NCBI RefSeq assembly: GCF_002087085.1
Contig: NZ_MWQY01000026.1
Coordinates: 1-52,157, forward strand
Length of the DNA: 52,157 bases
Reading direction: 5' to 3'
Within the stretch, counting starts at the first letter, position 1. Each line of letters starts with the position of its first letter. Positions 17,655 through 27,124 of this stretch are shown in pieces. The position numbers were made by a program, and so were the translations under genes. The notes under the pieces were generated by a model that saw only the letters and a program-made list of their open reading frames with translations, made no database searches and was not told where the DNA came from.

Positions 17655-19314
17655 AAACCTGATAATCTGGATCCTTGTTTCTCCCCTTTTCGGCGGGGCC
17701 CTGGCTCTTTTCGGAAAGATCTTCAAAAGAGCGGAAGGATTTTTCTGTCTGCTTTCTGTTCTCAGTTTTGCGGGACCGATCTTTTCTCTGCTGCATCTGC
17801 TGGAACCGGTGGCCGGAGGGGCCGCTCTGTTCTACCCCCTGGGGGGCTGGGCGGAGCCCTATGGTATCAGTCTGGTGCTGGACGGTTTTGCCTGGATTTC
17901 CGCGGCCCTTATCAGCCTGATTACACCCCTGATCGCCCTCTTTGCCCTGGGAAACAGAAAATACGGAGCCCGTTTCTTCTTCTTTTTAATGCTTCTTTCC
18001 GGCGGTATGTACGGGGTCGCCCTGACGGGGGACCTCTTTACCATGTTCGTGGGCTTCGAGATCATCGCTATTTCCGCCTATGTGCTGATAGCCTGGGAGG
18101 GTACCCCAACGGGTCTGGTGGCGAGTTTCAAGTACCTGATGCTCAGTACCACGGGGATCCTCTTTTTTCTGTTCGGCATATTCCTGATCTACCGGGACCT
18201 GGGGGTCCTCTCCATAGACAGAATCTCGACCCTGCTCCAGAGCGCCGGCGGGGTTCGGAACACCCCTACCATGCACCTTGCCCTGGCCTCCCTTTGTGTG
18301 GGAATCGGGGTGCGAACTGCCTTTATCCCTTTTCATACCTGGCTTCCCGAGGCCCATGCCTATGCGCCCCATCCGGTATCGGCCCTGCTTTCCGGGGTGC
18401 TTATAAAGGTCTCCTTTTTCGCCATGGTTCGGATCCTTCTGGAATTCGGCGGTTCCTATATGTGGGAGCTGCTTCTCTGGATCGGGGCTGTTACCGCCAT
18501 CAGCGCCGTTGTTAGTGCGCTGGCCCAGAGCGATGCCAAGCGCCTTCTGGCTTACCACTCCATATCCCAGATGGGATACATCCTGGCTGTCTTCGGTGCG
18601 GGATCCTCCTTTGCCCTCAGCGCCTCGTTTTTCCATGCCCTGAACCATGCTCTTTTCAAGAGCCTTCTTTTTCTTACCGTCGGGACCGCGGTGGGCTTAA
18701 GGGGGGTACGGAACCTCTATAAAATTTCGGCCCTGGGCCGCAGGATTCCCCTTTTCGGGCTGGCCTTTTTTGTGGGGGCTCTTTCGATATCAGGAATTCC
18801 CCCTTTTAACGGCTTCGCCAGCAAAGCCTATATATCCTCCGGAATGAGCGGGTCACCGGCTTATGTGCTTCTATGGATAACCAGTTTTCTTACCATCGCA
18901 AGCTTTGTCAAACTCAGCAGGATCTACTTTCCCGGACCAAAGGAGCCGTTCCCCGCGGTCCAGCCGGATACGGTACTGGTTCGGGATTATCTTCCCGGCA
19001 AACTGGAGCATCTGGTGGTCATTGTGCTGGCCCTTCTCTGTCTGGGAAGCGGGGTCTTTGGCGTCCAGGTGGCCGGTTTCCTGAATGTTATGCTCTATCA
19101 TGAGGAGTTGAGTTACACAGTATCCCTCTTCGGCTGGAAAAAGATGCTCTCCCTGCTGCCGGCGGTAATTCTGGGTTTCGCGGCCTTTCGTCTGGTGACA
19201 ACTTCATGGGGAAAAGGCCTCTCCGCCCGGCTCAAGGCGCTTGCCCCGGACCTGCATACGGTGCTGATTTTCTTTTTTATCGGTCTTCTTGCCTTTGCGG
19301 CGGTGGCTTACTGA
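17647..19314 (+). CDS. mnhD: Mrp/Mnh antiporter subunit D (proton-conducting membrane subunit)
   Basis: GGWAEPYGI, DLFTMFVGFE, WLPEAHAYAP, KRLLAYHSISQMG, NHALFKSLLFL, GIPPFNGFASK. Confidence 0.88.
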   Translation: MTENLIIWILVSPLFGGALALFGKIFKRAEGFFCLLSVLSFAGPIFSLLHLLEPVAGGAALFYPLGGWAEPYGISLVLDGFAWISAALISLITPLIALFALGNRKYGARFFFFLMLLSGGMYGVALTGDLFTMFVGFEIIAISAYVLIAWEGTPTGLVASFKYLMLSTTGILFFLFGIFLIYRDLGVLSIDRISTLLQSAGGVRNTPTMHLALASLCVGIGVRTAFIPFHTWLPEAHAYAPHPVSALLSGVLIKVSFFAMVRILLEFGGSYMWELLLWIGAVTAISAVVSALAQSDAKRLLAYHSISQMGYILAVFGAGSSFALSASFFHALNHALFKSLLFLTVGTAVGLRGVRNLYKISALGRRIPLFGLAFFVGALSISGIPPFNGFASKAYISSGMSGSPAYVLLWITSFLTIASFVKLSRIYFPGPKEPFPAVQPDTVLVRDYLPGKLEHLVVIVLALLCLGSGVFGVQVAGFLNVMLYHEELSYTVSLFGWKKMLSLLPAVILGFAAFRLVTTSWGKGLSARLKALAPDLHTVLIFFFIGLLAFAAVAY

Positions 19315-19360
19315 TGAAAAAAATGGATTTTCTGATATTTGTGAGTATACTAGAGAAAGT

Positions 19361-20464
19361 ATGCATCATGGGTTTCCGCATCCAGGAGTACGATCTTTAT
19401 TAACTCTTCTCATTTCTATCTCCTGGATACTGCTGTTCTCTCCGCAGCTGAATGGGGAGACCATGGTGCTCCACCGCTTTTATTCGGAACAGCGGGAGAC
19501 GGAAATAGAAGAACTTCTCTATCTCGCCGCCGGAGTGGAGCTTACCGGCGCGGGTCTTTCCAGCAGCCGGAGTGCCGAGAATCCCGACTATATCCTGCAT
19601 ACCCGTTATCGGCGTGACGGGGAGAATCTTATCCTCCAGTATAAGCTCTCCCGGAAGGGATTCAGGAGAGGATCAGAGGAAAGTCTTGCAGAAACCGGGA
19701 TCAATCTGCGGATAAATCACTATTTTGATCAGATAATCGCTTCTACCGTCAACTATCTGCTCAACACTGCCGAAATAGAACGCCACAGTTCTCCGGAAGC
19801 CAGGATTGAAGGAATTCTTCCGGAAAACCCTGAATCCGGGGGTACGGAAACAGTTCTCCGGGAGAAACCATCAGAAAAGGATATCGACAGTAAAGCGGAG
19901 CAAAGAACAGAGAAAGCCGCAGGAAACAGGGCTTCCCCGGAAGGCTCAACAGTAACGGGAAATCCCGCTTCAGAAAAAAGCTCTGGTCCCGGAATCTACG
20001 GCAGCGCCGGAACCGGAGCTCTTATGCTCCTGGGCGAGATCACCGAATATTTTCATTACGGCCTGGCGGGAACAGTTTCCGCCGGACTGGAGTGGCCGAG
20101 TCCGAAAAGAACAGTACAACTGGGAGCCCGGGTCAACCTGATCAGGGTCTTCAATGATCAGCAGACCAACGGAGCACCCCTCTACTTTACTACCGCCGGG
20201 GTCAACCTTGTTCTTGGAAGCAGTCCGGAGCAGTCAAACCTTTTTTTTGCCGGGATCACCGGCGGCGCCGCCCTCATCAGCGTTGCTGATTTAGATGGCA
20301 TCATGACCAAGACAGTGCCTTATGCCGAGGGAAACCTGGCAATGAGGGTGCCCCTGGGCGCACGGCTCTACCTGAAGCCCGACCTGGCTCTGCTCTGTAT
20401 CTTTGACGATGACCTTCTGATAAGCGGGATTCTGCCGTCCCTCGCTGCAGGGCTGGAGTTTTAA
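19361..20464 (+). CDS. Hypothetical exported protein, candidate outer-membrane beta-barrel
   Basis: Signal-like N-terminus, low-complexity linker, alternating beta-strand C-terminal half ending ...AAGLEF; start uncertain. Confidence 0.55.
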   Translation: MHHGFPHPGVRSLLTLLISISWILLFSPQLNGETMVLHRFYSEQRETEIEELLYLAAGVELTGAGLSSSRSAENPDYILHTRYRRDGENLILQYKLSRKGFRRGSEESLAETGINLRINHYFDQIIASTVNYLLNTAEIERHSSPEARIEGILPENPESGGTETVLREKPSEKDIDSKAEQRTEKAAGNRASPEGSTVTGNPASEKSSGPGIYGSAGTGALMLLGEITEYFHYGLAGTVSAGLEWPSPKRTVQLGARVNLIRVFNDQQTNGAPLYFTTAGVNLVLGSSPEQSNLFFAGITGGAALISVADLDGIMTKTVPYAEGNLAMRVPLGARLYLKPDLALLCIFDDDLLISGILPSLAAGLEF

Positions 20465-20465
20465 C

Positions 20466-20867
20466 ATGCTGAAGAGATTATTCCTTCTGATCATGATGTC
20501 GTTCTTCTTTTTTCTTGGAGGCTGCGACGAGTACGCCCTGCTGGAACAGTATCAGCTCGATGTGGAAGTAGCAGACTGGATTCCTGTTCCGGAGAATTTT
20601 TCTGTCAGCAGTAGTGGCAGCAGAAATATTTCCATAAACTGGTCATATCCCGATACCTCCCTGATCGACGGTTTCCGGATCGCACGTATGGATACTGCCG
20701 GGGGATCAACAATTATCGCGGATGAAGGTCAGCTTGGTAGCAATGAGACCTCGTATGTGGATACTGGTCTGGCGCCAAATGTCTGGTATATTTACTATAT
20801 GTATGCCGTATCCGGAACGTATCGCTCCTATGCAACTGAACCTAAAAGTGGTTTTTCAAATCCTTGA
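20466..20867 (+). CDS. Lipoprotein with fibronectin type III-like domain
   Basis: Lipobox FLGGC; PENFSV...ISINWS...GFRIAR...SYVDTGLAPNVWYIYYMYA. Confidence 0.75.
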   Translation: MLKRLFLLIMMSFFFFLGGCDEYALLEQYQLDVEVADWIPVPENFSVSSSGSRNISINWSYPDTSLIDGFRIARMDTAGGSTIIADEGQLGSNETSYVDTGLAPNVWYIYYMYAVSGTYRSYATEPKSGFSNP

Positions 20868-20879
20868 TTATCTCTCGAC

Positions 20880-21677
20880 TCAGTCTTCAACGATCTGTTC
20901 CAGAATTCTCTCCATCTCAGTGTACGCCTCCCGGCGTCCTGAAAGACGTTCCTGCAGGCCATAGTTGGAAAAGAAGCGGTCCGCCGAGTCCAGCAGGCCC
21001 GGGTATTCGGAGCGTACCCGGGGAGAGGCAATCAGGGCCCGCAGCAGCGCCCTGGTACTCAGGTCCTCCATTCTGAGGGCCCTGCTGTTCGCTGCAAGCT
21101 GCTCTTTCTCCCGTATCTGCCGCAGCGCGGCAGCCAGGTTGTTCCGGAGCTGCCGTTGATCCAGCTCCAATTGAAGATTTTCCTGCTCCAGGCTCTTGAT
21201 TTGTCGTATCAGTGTACTGTTTTGCGAGGGGGGGGCTTGTTCCCGAGCGTCCGGCACTGTTTCCGAGTCCAGTATTGGAGCGGAGGCGGGAGCGGACATA
21301 TCCTCCATTCGCCGGGATATAATCTCTTCCCGCTCGGCTTCCGCGGATTTAAGAAGTTTTTCCAGTTCCTTCAGCTCTTCGCCGGATTGGCCGCTGCTTT
21401 TCAGTTCTTCGTACTGCTTTCGCAGGGCGATAATCTCCTCTTCCTTTTCCCGGAGCTGCCGATCCGTCTGGGCTTTGAGGGTCTTGAGGAGCTGCCACTC
21501 ACTGGTCAGAAAGCGGTTCTCCCGCAGGGTCACCGCCCGTATCTGGTTCTCCGCCTCGCTGTGCATGATCCAGATGAATCCTGCAGTCAGGGCAATCAGA
21601 AGGCTGTTTACAATTAAGGGCAAGAAGAGCTGGTTCCGCCGGATTTTCGGCTTCATGTTTTGATGATTATCCTGCAT
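20880..21677 (-). CDS. Membrane-anchored coiled-coil hypothetical protein
   Basis: One N-terminal TM then long heptad-rich helices. Confidence 0.7.
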   Translation of the reverse strand: MQDNHQNMKPKIRRNQLFLPLIVNSLLIALTAGFIWIMHSEAENQIRAVTLRENRFLTSEWQLLKTLKAQTDRQLREKEEEIIALRKQYEELKSSGQSGEELKELEKLLKSAEAEREEIISRRMEDMSAPASAPILDSETVPDAREQAPPSQNSTLIRQIKSLEQENLQLELDQRQLRNNLAAALRQIREKEQLAANSRALRMEDLSTRALLRALIASPRVRSEYPGLLDSADRFFSNYGLQERLSGRREAYTEMERILEQIVED

Positions 21678-21734
21678 ATGCCTTACTGTGTATTCAGTCT
21701 ATCATTTAGCATCGGCAAATGCTATGGTACTGCC

Positions 21735-23144
21735 ATGCTGAACAGGAACCGCCTGCGCATTCGCCTGATTGTCCTGATTATCCCCCTGGTTGTGGCTGTA
21801 ATCCTTGGCAGCGGCATCTTCGCTTCCCTGGAGGCCCGAAAGGCCCTCGTCCGTGTCGTTAATCGTCACATGGTCTATAAAGCAGAACAGCTCAGGGATT
21901 ATGTTACCAGCGAATGGGGTATCCTCAACGAGCTGGACCTCGATGCACAGCAGGAATACCGGATCATCGCCGAAGAGTCCCTCAAATCCTATGCTGTATC
22001 TCTGCTGCGGGGAAAGACGGAAAACATTATCGCCTTCGATGGAGACGGCAATGTCCAGATGAGGATCGGGTACGGTGATTTTCCTGACCCCGAGCCATGG
22101 AGCGGTGCTCAGAATTATGAATCTTTACACCAGGGCTGGTTTTCCGGAACGCTCCACGGAGAAAAGCGGGTGGGGGTTGCCTTCGATCTGGAGGCCTTCG
22201 GCTGGACCGTGCTGATCAGCGAGGGGGAGGAGGCCTATTTTACGGAAATTCAGGAGATCCGCTATACCTATTTCTGGATTCTGGCTTCCACTATTGTTCT
22301 TATCAGTATTCTTATCGCCGTCTACCTGGGATACATCATTCGTCCGGTGGAGCATCTTACTCAGACGATGCAGCATATAAGCAGCTCCCAGGATCTGTCC
22401 ATGCGGGCACAGATCGAGTCCACCGACGAGATAGGTTTTCTGGCTGACCGATTCAACTCCATGATTTCCTCCATGCAGAGGAGCTATATGGATCTGCAGC
22501 ATGCCCGGGATGCGGAGGAGTCATCAAGAAAGACAGCAGTCCAGCGTGAACTGGAGACCCTCAATCTGCTGGGAAGGGTCTCGGATTTTCGGGACGAGGA
22601 TACCGGGGAGCACCTGAGGCGTATTGGTTCTTTTTCCGCTCTTTTTTCCCGCCTCCTGGGGCAGACCGGGAGGGAGCAGGATCTCATTTTTTACAGCGCT
22701 CCCCTTCACGATATCGGGAAAATCGGGATTCCCGATTCAATCCTGCTGAAACCCGGACGGCTTACCGACGAAGAGTTTGAACAGATGAAGCTTCATACTC
22801 TTTTCGGCTACAACATACTCAAGGATGCCGAGAGTGAGTATCTCTCCCTGGGGGCCCGGATAGCCCTTACCCATCATGAAAAATGGAACGGCAGCGGGTA
22901 TCCTGAAGGTCTTGCCGGGGAGGACATTCCCCTTCCCGGACGGATCGTCGCCCTGGTGGATGTGTTCGACGCCCTCATCTCCGAACGGCCCTATAAAAGG
23001 GCCTGGCCCCCGGAGGATGCCTTTGCGCTGATTCTGGAGCAGCGGGGAAAACACTTTGATCCGGCGCTTGTGGATCTTTTTGAAAAGAACTTCCCGGCCT
23101 TTCGTACCATGCTGGGCCTGCCTGATTTTTCCCTTGAGTCCTGA
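21735..23144 (+). CDS. Membrane HAMP + HD-GYP cyclic-dinucleotide phosphodiesterase
   Basis: 2 TM, HAMP (DEIGFLADRFN), RDEDTGEH, HDIGK, HHEKWNGSGYP, RPYK. Confidence 0.9.
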   Translation: MLNRNRLRIRLIVLIIPLVVAVILGSGIFASLEARKALVRVVNRHMVYKAEQLRDYVTSEWGILNELDLDAQQEYRIIAEESLKSYAVSLLRGKTENIIAFDGDGNVQMRIGYGDFPDPEPWSGAQNYESLHQGWFSGTLHGEKRVGVAFDLEAFGWTVLISEGEEAYFTEIQEIRYTYFWILASTIVLISILIAVYLGYIIRPVEHLTQTMQHISSSQDLSMRAQIESTDEIGFLADRFNSMISSMQRSYMDLQHARDAEESSRKTAVQRELETLNLLGRVSDFRDEDTGEHLRRIGSFSALFSRLLGQTGREQDLIFYSAPLHDIGKIGIPDSILLKPGRLTDEEFEQMKLHTLFGYNILKDAESEYLSLGARIALTHHEKWNGSGYPEGLAGEDIPLPGRIVALVDVFDALISERPYKRAWPPEDAFALILEQRGKHFDPALVDLFEKNFPAFRTMLGLPDFSLES

Positions 23145-23273
23145 GGCAGATCTCTAAATAATCTCTTATCAACAAAAAATTATTTATCTGCAATTTTCTT
23201 GTCAGGTATGCAGTTTTGGTACTATACTTCAGGTTGAAAGTTGTGTGTCGGATTTCACACCCCTTTCAGGAGC

Positions 23274-26200
23274 ATGATCGTGAGGTCCAGAGCCCTTGTT
23301 TCTCTATGTTCAGTTCTCGTTTTCTCCCTGTTTTTCAGCTTCTCACCCTTGAGGGCTGTTCCCATACCGGAGCATTTCCGCTTCGACTCCTTTACAACGG
23401 AGGACGGCCTCGCTAATTCTTCGGTATCCAGGATCATTCAGGACCGGGATGGAATAATCTGGATAGCCACCCAGGCGGGACTGAACAAGTTTGACGGATA
23501 TACCTTTACCCATTACGAACATGACCCTTTCAATGAGAACTCCCTTTCCCATAACCTGGTGCAGACCATGTATCTCGACGGCGACGGCAGCTTATGGGTG
23601 GGAACCTACGGCGGTCTGAACCATTTCGATCCAGTCAGCGACACCTTTACGCGCTATATCAACGTGCCAGGGGATGACACCTCCCTGAGCAATAACATTG
23701 TTACCGCTGTATCCCGCGACACCAGGGGGACGCTCTGGGTCGGAACCCTTGGTGGGCTCAACCGCTTCAATGAAGAGGCTGAACTCTTTATCAGGTATCT
23801 GCCGGGTCAGGACCGGGAGAAATCCCTGGCGAACGGGGTGGTCCGGGATTTTATGCTGGACCTCGAGGGCAATTTATGGATAGGAACGAACGGCGGGTTA
23901 TGCCTCTACAGCTACGATTCAGATGACTTTACCGTGTATCGCCACGACCCGGATAATCCGGATTCTCTGCCCTCTCCCTATGTAATGACGATGATTCAGA
24001 ATCCTGAAGATCCGGAACGCTTCTGGGTTGGGACCTGGGGGGGCGGGGTTTCGGAGTTTCACATACCTTCAGGTTCGGTACGGGACTTTGATCTTCCAAA
24101 GAAGGAGGTCTACCGGATTCTCTACGATTCCAGGGGAAGACTCTGGATCGGTACCTGGGGCGGCGGCCTGATTGTGCTGAATCCCCGGAACGAAAACCTG
24201 GTTCATGTGACGGCCTCGAGTCAGAAGAGCAGTCACGGCCTTCTACACAATGTAGTCTACTCCCTTATGGAGGACTCTTCCGGAATGATCTGGATCGGGA
24301 CCAATGGAGGGGGAATCAATACCTATGAGGACTGGAAGAACCAGTATGCTTCCATAATCCCTGATGCTGAATCTCCTTCGTCTCTGGCACCGGGCAAAGT
24401 GGAGGCTCTTCTCCAGGATCCGGACGGAACCCTCTGGAGCGGCATCTACTCCGGCGGCCTTAACCGAAGGTACCCGGAAAGCGGAAAGATCCGGCGCTAT
24501 ACACACGATCCTGAAGACCCTTTCAGCTTGAGCAATGACATTGTAAACGCCCTGCTGAGGGATTCCCGGGGAACCCTCTGGGTAGGAACCAACGAGGGAC
24601 TGAACATATACATTCCCGAAGATGATAATTTCAAACGGGTCCTGGCCGACGGCACCGCTTTGACACCTCCGGAGGATACGATCTTCGAACTCTACGAAGA
24701 CAGCAGCGGGGGTATCTGGCTCGGTACGAATATTGCGGGAGCGGTCCGGATGGATCCTGCCAGTGGGCTGTATCGTCACTACACCCATGATCCGGACGAC
24801 CCCGGCAGTCTCAGCGACAATCTGGTACGTACCATTCTCGAAGATCCTGACGGTACCGTATGGATCGGGACGAATAACGGACTTAACCGGCTTGATCCGT
24901 CAGGCGGGCAGTTCAAACGCTATCTGTATAATCCCGATGATCCCGCGGGCCTGAGCAACAGCAATATCCGTGCCCTGGTTCGGGATACCTCGGGAATTCT
25001 CTGGATTGCGACCTCCGGGGGCGGTTTGAACCGCTACCATCCTGAAACTGACAGTTTTTCCTATGTCTCCCGCAGGGACGGGCTCTTAAGCAATCATATT
25101 CTCAATATGGTTGAGGGCCGCCCGGGAGAACTCTGGATGAACACGACCCGCGGCGTTTCGGTATATGATATCAGCTCCGAAAGCTTTAGGACCATCGATG
25201 CATCCACCGGGTTGCTCTCGGACGAGCTTGCCAACGGGCTGCATGTGGGACCCGGCGGAAAAATCTACATAGGCAGCATCAACGGCATTACCAGTATCCA
25301 GGAAACCCCGGATGAATCGGAAATGTTTATTCCTCCCATTTCGCTGGTCCGTTTTGAAGTCCTGGGAGAAGAGCGATCCCTGGAAAACGGTGATGACGGC
25401 GTATTCACCGAATGTACCCTGGAGGCCTCGGACAGCCTTATTTCCTTCCAGTTTTCCGCTCTGGACTACTCGGCCCCTGAGCGGAACCAGTATGCCTACA
25501 AGCTCGAGGGCTTCGACTCCGACTGGATCCGGGCAGGCTCCCGTAACTACGTATCCTATACAAATCTGGATCCGGGCCGCTATACCCTGCGCGTTATCGG
25601 AGCGGGGAGCAGGGGTAACTGGAACCATCAGGGGATTTCGATCCCCTTGAGGGTCCTGCCTCCCTGGTATCTGAGTGTCTGGGCAAAGATGCTCTATGCT
25701 TTGACCTTTCTGCTCTTAGTCCTTTCTCTGCTGCATTTCAACCAGATCAAACAGAGAAAGGCGGAGGAACGTTACCTGGAACAGGCGCGGCTGAACCGCG
25801 AACTGGATCGCAAGGTCAGGGAGAGGACCGCAGAGATCGAAAGGGCGAAGCAGGTCGCAGAGGAAGCCACCCGGGCCAAGAGTCTATTTCTGGCGAATAT
25901 GAGCCATGAGATCCGGACCCCCCTGAACGGAATTTTCGGGATGCTCTCTCTTCTCTCGAGAACGAAGCTGAATTCGGACCAGCAGGAGTACCTGGAAAAC
26001 TCCAAAAGCGCGGTGGGGAACCTCAATTCCCTGATCAACGATCTTCTCGATATCGAAAGAATTGAATCGGGAAAGATCCGCATCGAAAACGCCCCGTTCT
26101 CCGTCGCCCAGGCTGCCGAATATGTCAGGACCCTTTTTGAACAGGGTGCTGCAGAAAAAGGGATCGATCTGACACTGAAGCTTGATCTTCCCTCGGATCT

Positions 26201-27008
26201 GGACGTTGTTATGGGAGACCGGAACAGATTTATCCAGATTGTCAGCAACCTGGTGGGAAACGCCGTCAAATATACGGAGCAGGGGTCCATCCTCTTCGTT
26301 GTGGCCACAGAAAAGAAAAACGATCAGGAAATCCGCTGCGAAGTTACAGTGCAGGATACGGGTATCGGTATGCCCGATGACCAGCTCCATCGAATTTTTG
26401 ACAGCTTTTCCCAGCTGGATATGGGCTATGGCAAGGCTTCCAAGGGAGCCGGACTGGGGCTGGCAATTGTGAAGCAACTGGCGGAAGCCATGGGGGGGAC
26501 TGTGTCTGTGAGCAGTCAGCTGGGGAGAGGATCGACCTTCCTGGCAACCCTCCTGTTCTCGCCGGCTCCCGAGGGATCCGGGTATCAGGAGGAAAAACCG
26601 GATCAGGGAGAACAGTTTTCGCTGGCCAAGGATGGACAACTGCGTGTACTTGTCTGCGAAGACGAGGCCATTAACCGTATCTATATCAGCAAGTTCCTTC
26701 AGTCCAAAGGCTATGAGGTCGATCTGGCGACCAACGGGAATGAGGCCCTGGACCGGGCCCGGGAAGGGGCCTACTCCCTTATTCTGATGGATATCGGCAT
26801 GCCCGGCATCAACGGACTGGAGGCCGCAGGTCAGCTGCGGGCCCTTGGAATGAACACCCCCATTCTCGCCCTGACAGCCCATACCTTTTCCGAGGATATC
26901 CAGCGCTGCCTGGAGGCCGGTATGAACGATTTTGTGGCCAAACCGATAAACGAACAGACCCTGCTCAGCAAAATCAGGACGTGGATAAAAAATCCGGTGC
27001 AGACCTGA
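23274..27008 (+). CDS. Hybrid sensor kinase: beta-propeller (Reg_prop) + Y_Y_Y + HisKA + HATPase + REC
   Basis: Repeated LWVGT.GGLN/SLSNN blades, YAYKLEGFD...YTNLDPGRY, FLANMSHEIRTPLN, DTGIG, GAGLGL, LMDIGMP; start 23274 or GTG 23280. Confidence 0.92.
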   Translation: MIVRSRALVSLCSVLVFSLFFSFSPLRAVPIPEHFRFDSFTTEDGLANSSVSRIIQDRDGIIWIATQAGLNKFDGYTFTHYEHDPFNENSLSHNLVQTMYLDGDGSLWVGTYGGLNHFDPVSDTFTRYINVPGDDTSLSNNIVTAVSRDTRGTLWVGTLGGLNRFNEEAELFIRYLPGQDREKSLANGVVRDFMLDLEGNLWIGTNGGLCLYSYDSDDFTVYRHDPDNPDSLPSPYVMTMIQNPEDPERFWVGTWGGGVSEFHIPSGSVRDFDLPKKEVYRILYDSRGRLWIGTWGGGLIVLNPRNENLVHVTASSQKSSHGLLHNVVYSLMEDSSGMIWIGTNGGGINTYEDWKNQYASIIPDAESPSSLAPGKVEALLQDPDGTLWSGIYSGGLNRRYPESGKIRRYTHDPEDPFSLSNDIVNALLRDSRGTLWVGTNEGLNIYIPEDDNFKRVLADGTALTPPEDTIFELYEDSSGGIWLGTNIAGAVRMDPASGLYRHYTHDPDDPGSLSDNLVRTILEDPDGTVWIGTNNGLNRLDPSGGQFKRYLYNPDDPAGLSNSNIRALVRDTSGILWIATSGGGLNRYHPETDSFSYVSRRDGLLSNHILNMVEGRPGELWMNTTRGVSVYDISSESFRTIDASTGLLSDELANGLHVGPGGKIYIGSINGITSIQETPDESEMFIPPISLVRFEVLGEERSLENGDDGVFTECTLEASDSLISFQFSALDYSAPERNQYAYKLEGFDSDWIRAGSRNYVSYTNLDPGRYTLRVIGAGSRGNWNHQGISIPLRVLPPWYLSVWAKMLYALTFLLLVLSLLHFNQIKQRKAEERYLEQARLNRELDRKVRERTAEIERAKQVAEEATRAKSLFLANMSHEIRTPLNGIFGMLSLLSRTKLNSDQQEYLENSKSAVGNLNSLINDLLDIERIESGKIRIENAPFSVAQAAEYVRTLFEQGAAEKGIDLTLKLDLPSDLDVVMGDRNRFIQIVSNLVGNAVKYTEQGSILFVVATEKKNDQEIRCEVTVQDTGIGMPDDQLHRIFDSFSQLDMGYGKASKGAGLGLAIVKQLAEAMGGTVSVSSQLGRGSTFLATLLFSPAPEGSGYQEEKPDQGEQFSLAKDGQLRVLVCEDEAINRIYISKFLQSKGYEVDLATNGNEALDRAREGAYSLILMDIGMPGINGLEAAGQLRALGMNTPILALTAHTFSEDIQRCLEAGMNDFVAKPINEQTLLSKIRTWIKNPVQT

Positions 27009-27010
27009 GT

Positions 27011-27059
27011 TCCGTTCATCTACGAATACCCCCGTTCAGCTCCCCATACAGCGATTCAC
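27011..27059 (+). promoter_or_regulatory. Three direct repeats, LytTR-type operator
   Basis: tccgttcat, cccgttcag, gcgattcac at 20-bp period upstream of TTGAAC-16-GATACT. Confidence 0.65.
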
Positions 27060-27124
27060 ACGGTTTTTCTTGAACCTCCCTTGTCTCCTGCGATACTGGA
27101 GGTAAATCAACAAGGAGGATTGTT

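Noticed and set aside
15302..19314. Membrane-bound [NiFe]-hydrogenase (Mbh/Ech) operon
   Set aside because: No NuoH-like, small or large catalytic, or ferredoxin-like subunits follow the MnhD-like gene.
23400..25300. DNA-level repeat array in the hybrid kinase
   Set aside because: Repeats are degenerate protein beta-propeller blades, fully explained by the CDS.
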